From assembly GCA_965113315.1 (NCBI GenBank), contig OZ220369.1: a stretch of 64,000 nucleotides of DNA; one strand, written 5' to 3'. Shown here piece by piece: positions 60,701 to 64,000 of this stretch. A model generated the notes under the pieces. The model was not told where the DNA came from, ran no database searches, and saw nothing but the letters and a program-made list of their open reading frames with translations. The position numbers and the translations under genes were made by a program. Source of the stretch: Podarcis vaucheri. Its lineage: Eukaryota. Every line of letters starts with the position of its first letter. Position 1 is the stretch's first letter.

Positions 60701-63700
60701 CCCCTGCTTGAAACCCTGGAGAGCCACTGTCACTCAATGTGTGGTGATAGGAAACTATATGAACCATTGATCTGGCTTGGCATAAGGCAGCTTGCTTTCT
60801 TCATATATTTCTGTGTGTTGCTGGAGCACTTGAATATCACCCACATTGCCACAGCAGAACTCTTGCCGTCTAAACACTGTGATCAAAAAAGTACATTCAG
60901 CACCTGAGGCTTAAGACAGAAGCCTCCCTGGCCAAACTGTTATGTGTTTGGGAAATATTTTTGTGAAGAGCAAAGTACCCCACAGCAGAACAGCACAGGG
61001 CTCCAGTATCACATTTGACATATATCAAGCTTGTAACCTGACAATGTTTTGGACTATCAATTCCCAACAACTCCAGCATCATGAGGCTGTGCTGACTGGG
61101 GCTTAGGGGAATTGTAGGTAAAGCATCTTCAGGGCACCAGCTTGGGCATGGCTGCTGTATATAACTAGAAAAAAGAAAATAAAGTTGAGAAGTGTTCTCT
61201 AGTAACTGTGTTCACATTCTCTGTTTAAGATGGCAAAAAGGGATTCGGATGATCAGATAGAGACCAGGCTCAATCCTTTGGAAATGGCCAGCAAGGAGGA
61301 AATGGTGAAAGAAACCTCAGAGGTGGTGGCAGCAGATAAACCTGAATCTGTAGGAAGATCTGATGAGACTTTGGAAGAGCCCCGGCCTGAGGCAGGGCCT
61401 AGAAAGACAGTGGAAGAACAGCCAAAGTCTCTGGAGGGAGGCCGTGAGACAGTTGAAAGGCCTTTGATGGAGGCAACGGGAGCTGTTTTGGAGCTTGCCA
61501 AAGTGGTTGATGAGTGCCAGGCAGCTTCAAAGCCAGAAGAAGAAACCAGTGGAGCTGCAGAGCCTGCTGTGGTTGCTGTTGCCACTGTCTCAGCAGTTTC
61601 CAGTGACTCTGACAGGTTAGCAGCCTATGGCCTCTTACAGTTTTGACTCCCTTTGCCATGCTGGGCAGATGTTTTGCCATACAACTTCTGGCTCTCAGCA
61701 CTCAGACTCAAATTGCACCTGCTGCCAGGGGAGCAAGGTCTTGGGGGTGAGGTCAGCAACATAAGTTGGCAAACCTTGTGGAGCAACCTTCTGATGTTTC
61801 TTTATTTTGCAGATGCTCGCCTAAGAGGATGGGCTCGTATGGGTTTTCTACTCTGAGGGATGCTTTCAAGATCCTGTCCAATTCCCCAGATGCAGATGAA
61901 GAGTTTTCAAAACTGGACAAGTTGGACTGGACTTTCCCCAAGCCATGTTTGGCTTCTGATTTCCACGCAGCCGAGTGCCAAACGGAGAAGAACCGTGCTG
62001 CCTCCAGGCCGCACCCCAGTGAATGCTCAGTGTCCATAAGCACACTGGTTATGGGGTCAGAGATCTGGAACCCCCGAACTTCCTGCCGAGTTCCATCCAA
62101 GAGACCCGTGGCAACTTTGGTTGTCCGGCCTGCACACCCCCAAATACCCACCCAGCCTCATGATACCTCCCGATATCCCAGGTAAGAAGTTATGACTGCT
62201 GTGGGGTCTGCTGGGGAACCGGCATAGCATGAGGCATTTGGTGCAACTTTCACCTTTGCAAGGAATCCATTAGAAGGCCTTAGGCCTCAGCCCAGAAGCT
62301 CCAAGGAAGGCAAAAGTGGTTTGCAGTGGTAGGGTTGCATCGCTGTGCATCTTCTCCCCCAGCTAGTAGAAGCAGGTTGCGAGAGAATCTGGTTCACATA
62401 CCTTGTCTTAATTTTTATTACTCAGATTGCAAAGATAGCAGAATTGACAATATGGTCTCTGGCCCCATTAAAGGTTGCTAAACAAATTTAATGGGGCAGA
62501 AACATCTGCGCCGGACTCTGCTTTGTCAGATGCCTAGAATGTTAGCTTCAGTTGCCAGACAGAAGGTAGAAAATGTTATTTCTCTCCCCCCTCCCTCCTT
62601 CCGTCTGTACCAAGGATAAGGGTTTGTGTTTCTGCCACCAGCTATTTGCTCATATTTAAGCTGCCATAGGTCTCTGCAGTGGTGTGTTTGCTGGGACAAA
62701 GTAACCTCGCTCCTTGTCTGATACTTAACCCAGCATCTCCGTAATCCTGGTTGTGTGTGACATTAATTGATGCAGCTCAGTCCAGTCCCATTTCATGGGG
62801 TAGGCCTTCCTCAGCTGTGTTTCTCTGTTCCATTCAGATTAGCAAAGAGGAGACTAATTTGTTTAAATGAGGATGAAGAAAAGGAGGTCTGGAGTGATGA
62901 GGATGAACTTTTTGGTAAGCAGCTAGTATCCTGTATACAGTATGCAGAGGGATTTGGGGGCACAGCTCTTGGATCAGAAAAGTAAAATATTTGGACTGCC
63001 TACTCGCAAGTGCACAGCAGCAGCACTGGCAAAATTATTGCCGTTTGCCTCAGGCTGGCTTCTTGTTCTGCATGATGCTCAATTGTTGCTCCATGCACTC
63101 TTCTAATTAAAGCACCTGTGCAGTTTTGATGGCTTCTCACATTGCATTACCCAGTGACATCACAATGATATGGGGGAAAACACTGCCAGCATGGCAAGCA
63201 AAGAGAACTGTTAACTGCGGTCCTTCAGGAGGCTTGCTTAGGCAATACTGGCTAAAGGCAAAACTCTCAAAACCTGGTAAACATCTTGCAAAACAAAGTG
63301 ATCCATTTTGTGAACTGTGCTAGAATGAGATGGCAACTGTGAGTGAACATGGATGACTGTTTGCCACATAGTTTAGGGTTGCCAGATCTTGAAGAGCAAA
63401 AAAGAGGACAGCCTGAGCCAGGGAAGGAAGTGCACCCACATTCTTCTTTTCCCAGCTTGGGCTGGCGGCAGCAGTGGTGTGTAGAGTTGGCCAAGCAGTA
63501 AATGAATAAATAACCCCTCCCTACAACCCCGGACATGTCCTTTAAAATGTAAAAATCCCCCTGGATTGGGCCTGTTGGCCCCCCAAAAGAGGACATGTCT
63601 GGGATGCCCTGGATTTATGGCAACCCTAACATAGTTCCATCAGTACTGTAGTTGACTCTACACATCATGCCAAGGGCTGGGTGGAATTTGACCACTACCC

Positions 63701-63879
63701 TGGATTTCTGATGAGGTGCAGTAGTGGTAAAACCTCCCAACTGCTGAGCCAGTAGCAATAACCAGCTTACCGAGTGGTTCCATCCATCCCATAAAGTTTG
63801 TAAATGAATTTGTGTTTCAGAATCAAAGGAAGAAGGCAGCAGCAGCATCAACACTTCCCTCTTTGGTTCGAAAAAGAAG
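57524..63879 (+). CDS. TERF2: Telomeric repeat-binding factor 2 (shelterin), 3'-partial (Myb-domain exon outside window)
   Basis: Exons 57524-57728, 59148-59362, 59955-60041, 60415-60561, 61230-61615, 61813-62181, 62838-62914, 63821-63879, all AG/GT and phase-compatible. TRFH motifs [43 protein letters not shown]; RAP1-binding-like [15 protein letters not shown]; TIN2-binding-like ISTLVM; iDDR-like [13 protein letters not shown]. Confidence 0.93.
57820..58810. mobile_element. Cluster of short LINE 3'-end fragments (L2-like) in TERF2 intron 1
   Basis: tttatt..ataccccgcc.. tails at about 57820-57930 and 58110-58260 (minus) and an oppositely oriented copy at about 58680-58810. Confidence 0.6.
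60610..60800 (+). mobile_element. tRNA-derived squamate SINE (Squam3-like)
   Basis: tRNA-like head catctgctttgcatgcagaaggtcccaagttcaatccctggcatctc with B box; body gaaaccctggagagcc; tail ataaggcagctt. Confidence 0.75.
63374..63628. mobile_element. hAT-superfamily MITE
   Basis: TIRs tagggttgcca / tggcaacccta; 8-bp TSD acatagtt at 63366-63373 and 63629-63636. Confidence 0.88.
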
Positions 63880-64000
63880 GTAACCATGCCTACACCCAGT
63901 CTGGAGCTGAGCACTCCAGTGGGGAGAAATAGGCCTGCCTTGACAAGACCCCTCTAAATGGAGGCCACTTGATGAGGACCCCCTCTCCCAAATGAAAGAA

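Overview
Vertebrate genomic DNA, most likely a squamate (lizard), judged from GT-AG multi-exon genes plus Squam3-like SINEs, CR1/L2/L1 LINE fragments and hAT/Tc1-mariner MITEs. Four protein-coding genes were reconstructed exon by exon from splice sites and reading phase. (1) A PMFBP1-like coiled-coil gene (+, 4047-33741, start codon not found) with about 426 aa of extra upstream exons compared with the mammalian protein and at least one broken exon. (2) DHX38/PRP16 (-, complete, 26 coding exons, 1242 aa). (3) DHODH (-, complete, 9 exons, 398 aa). (4) TERF2/TRF2 (+, 8 coding exons, Myb exon beyond the window end), head-to-head with DHODH. No HP or TXNL4B is visible between DHODH and DHX38, where mammals have them. 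Most notable observations: TERF2 has lost an intron together with 4 codons (GENL) in the TRFH docking loop and has Ile at the conserved docking Phe; 17 of 22 symmetric PMFBP1 exons are exact multiples of 21 nt (whole heptads); the PMFBP1 5' extension shows signs of decay; a young hAT MITE carries TTAGGG repeats; an L1 fragment and an orphan promoter occupy the TXNL4B/HP position. Comparisons to human sequences are from memory and need alignment. I found no convincing wholly new system. Most ORF-track entries are spurious.
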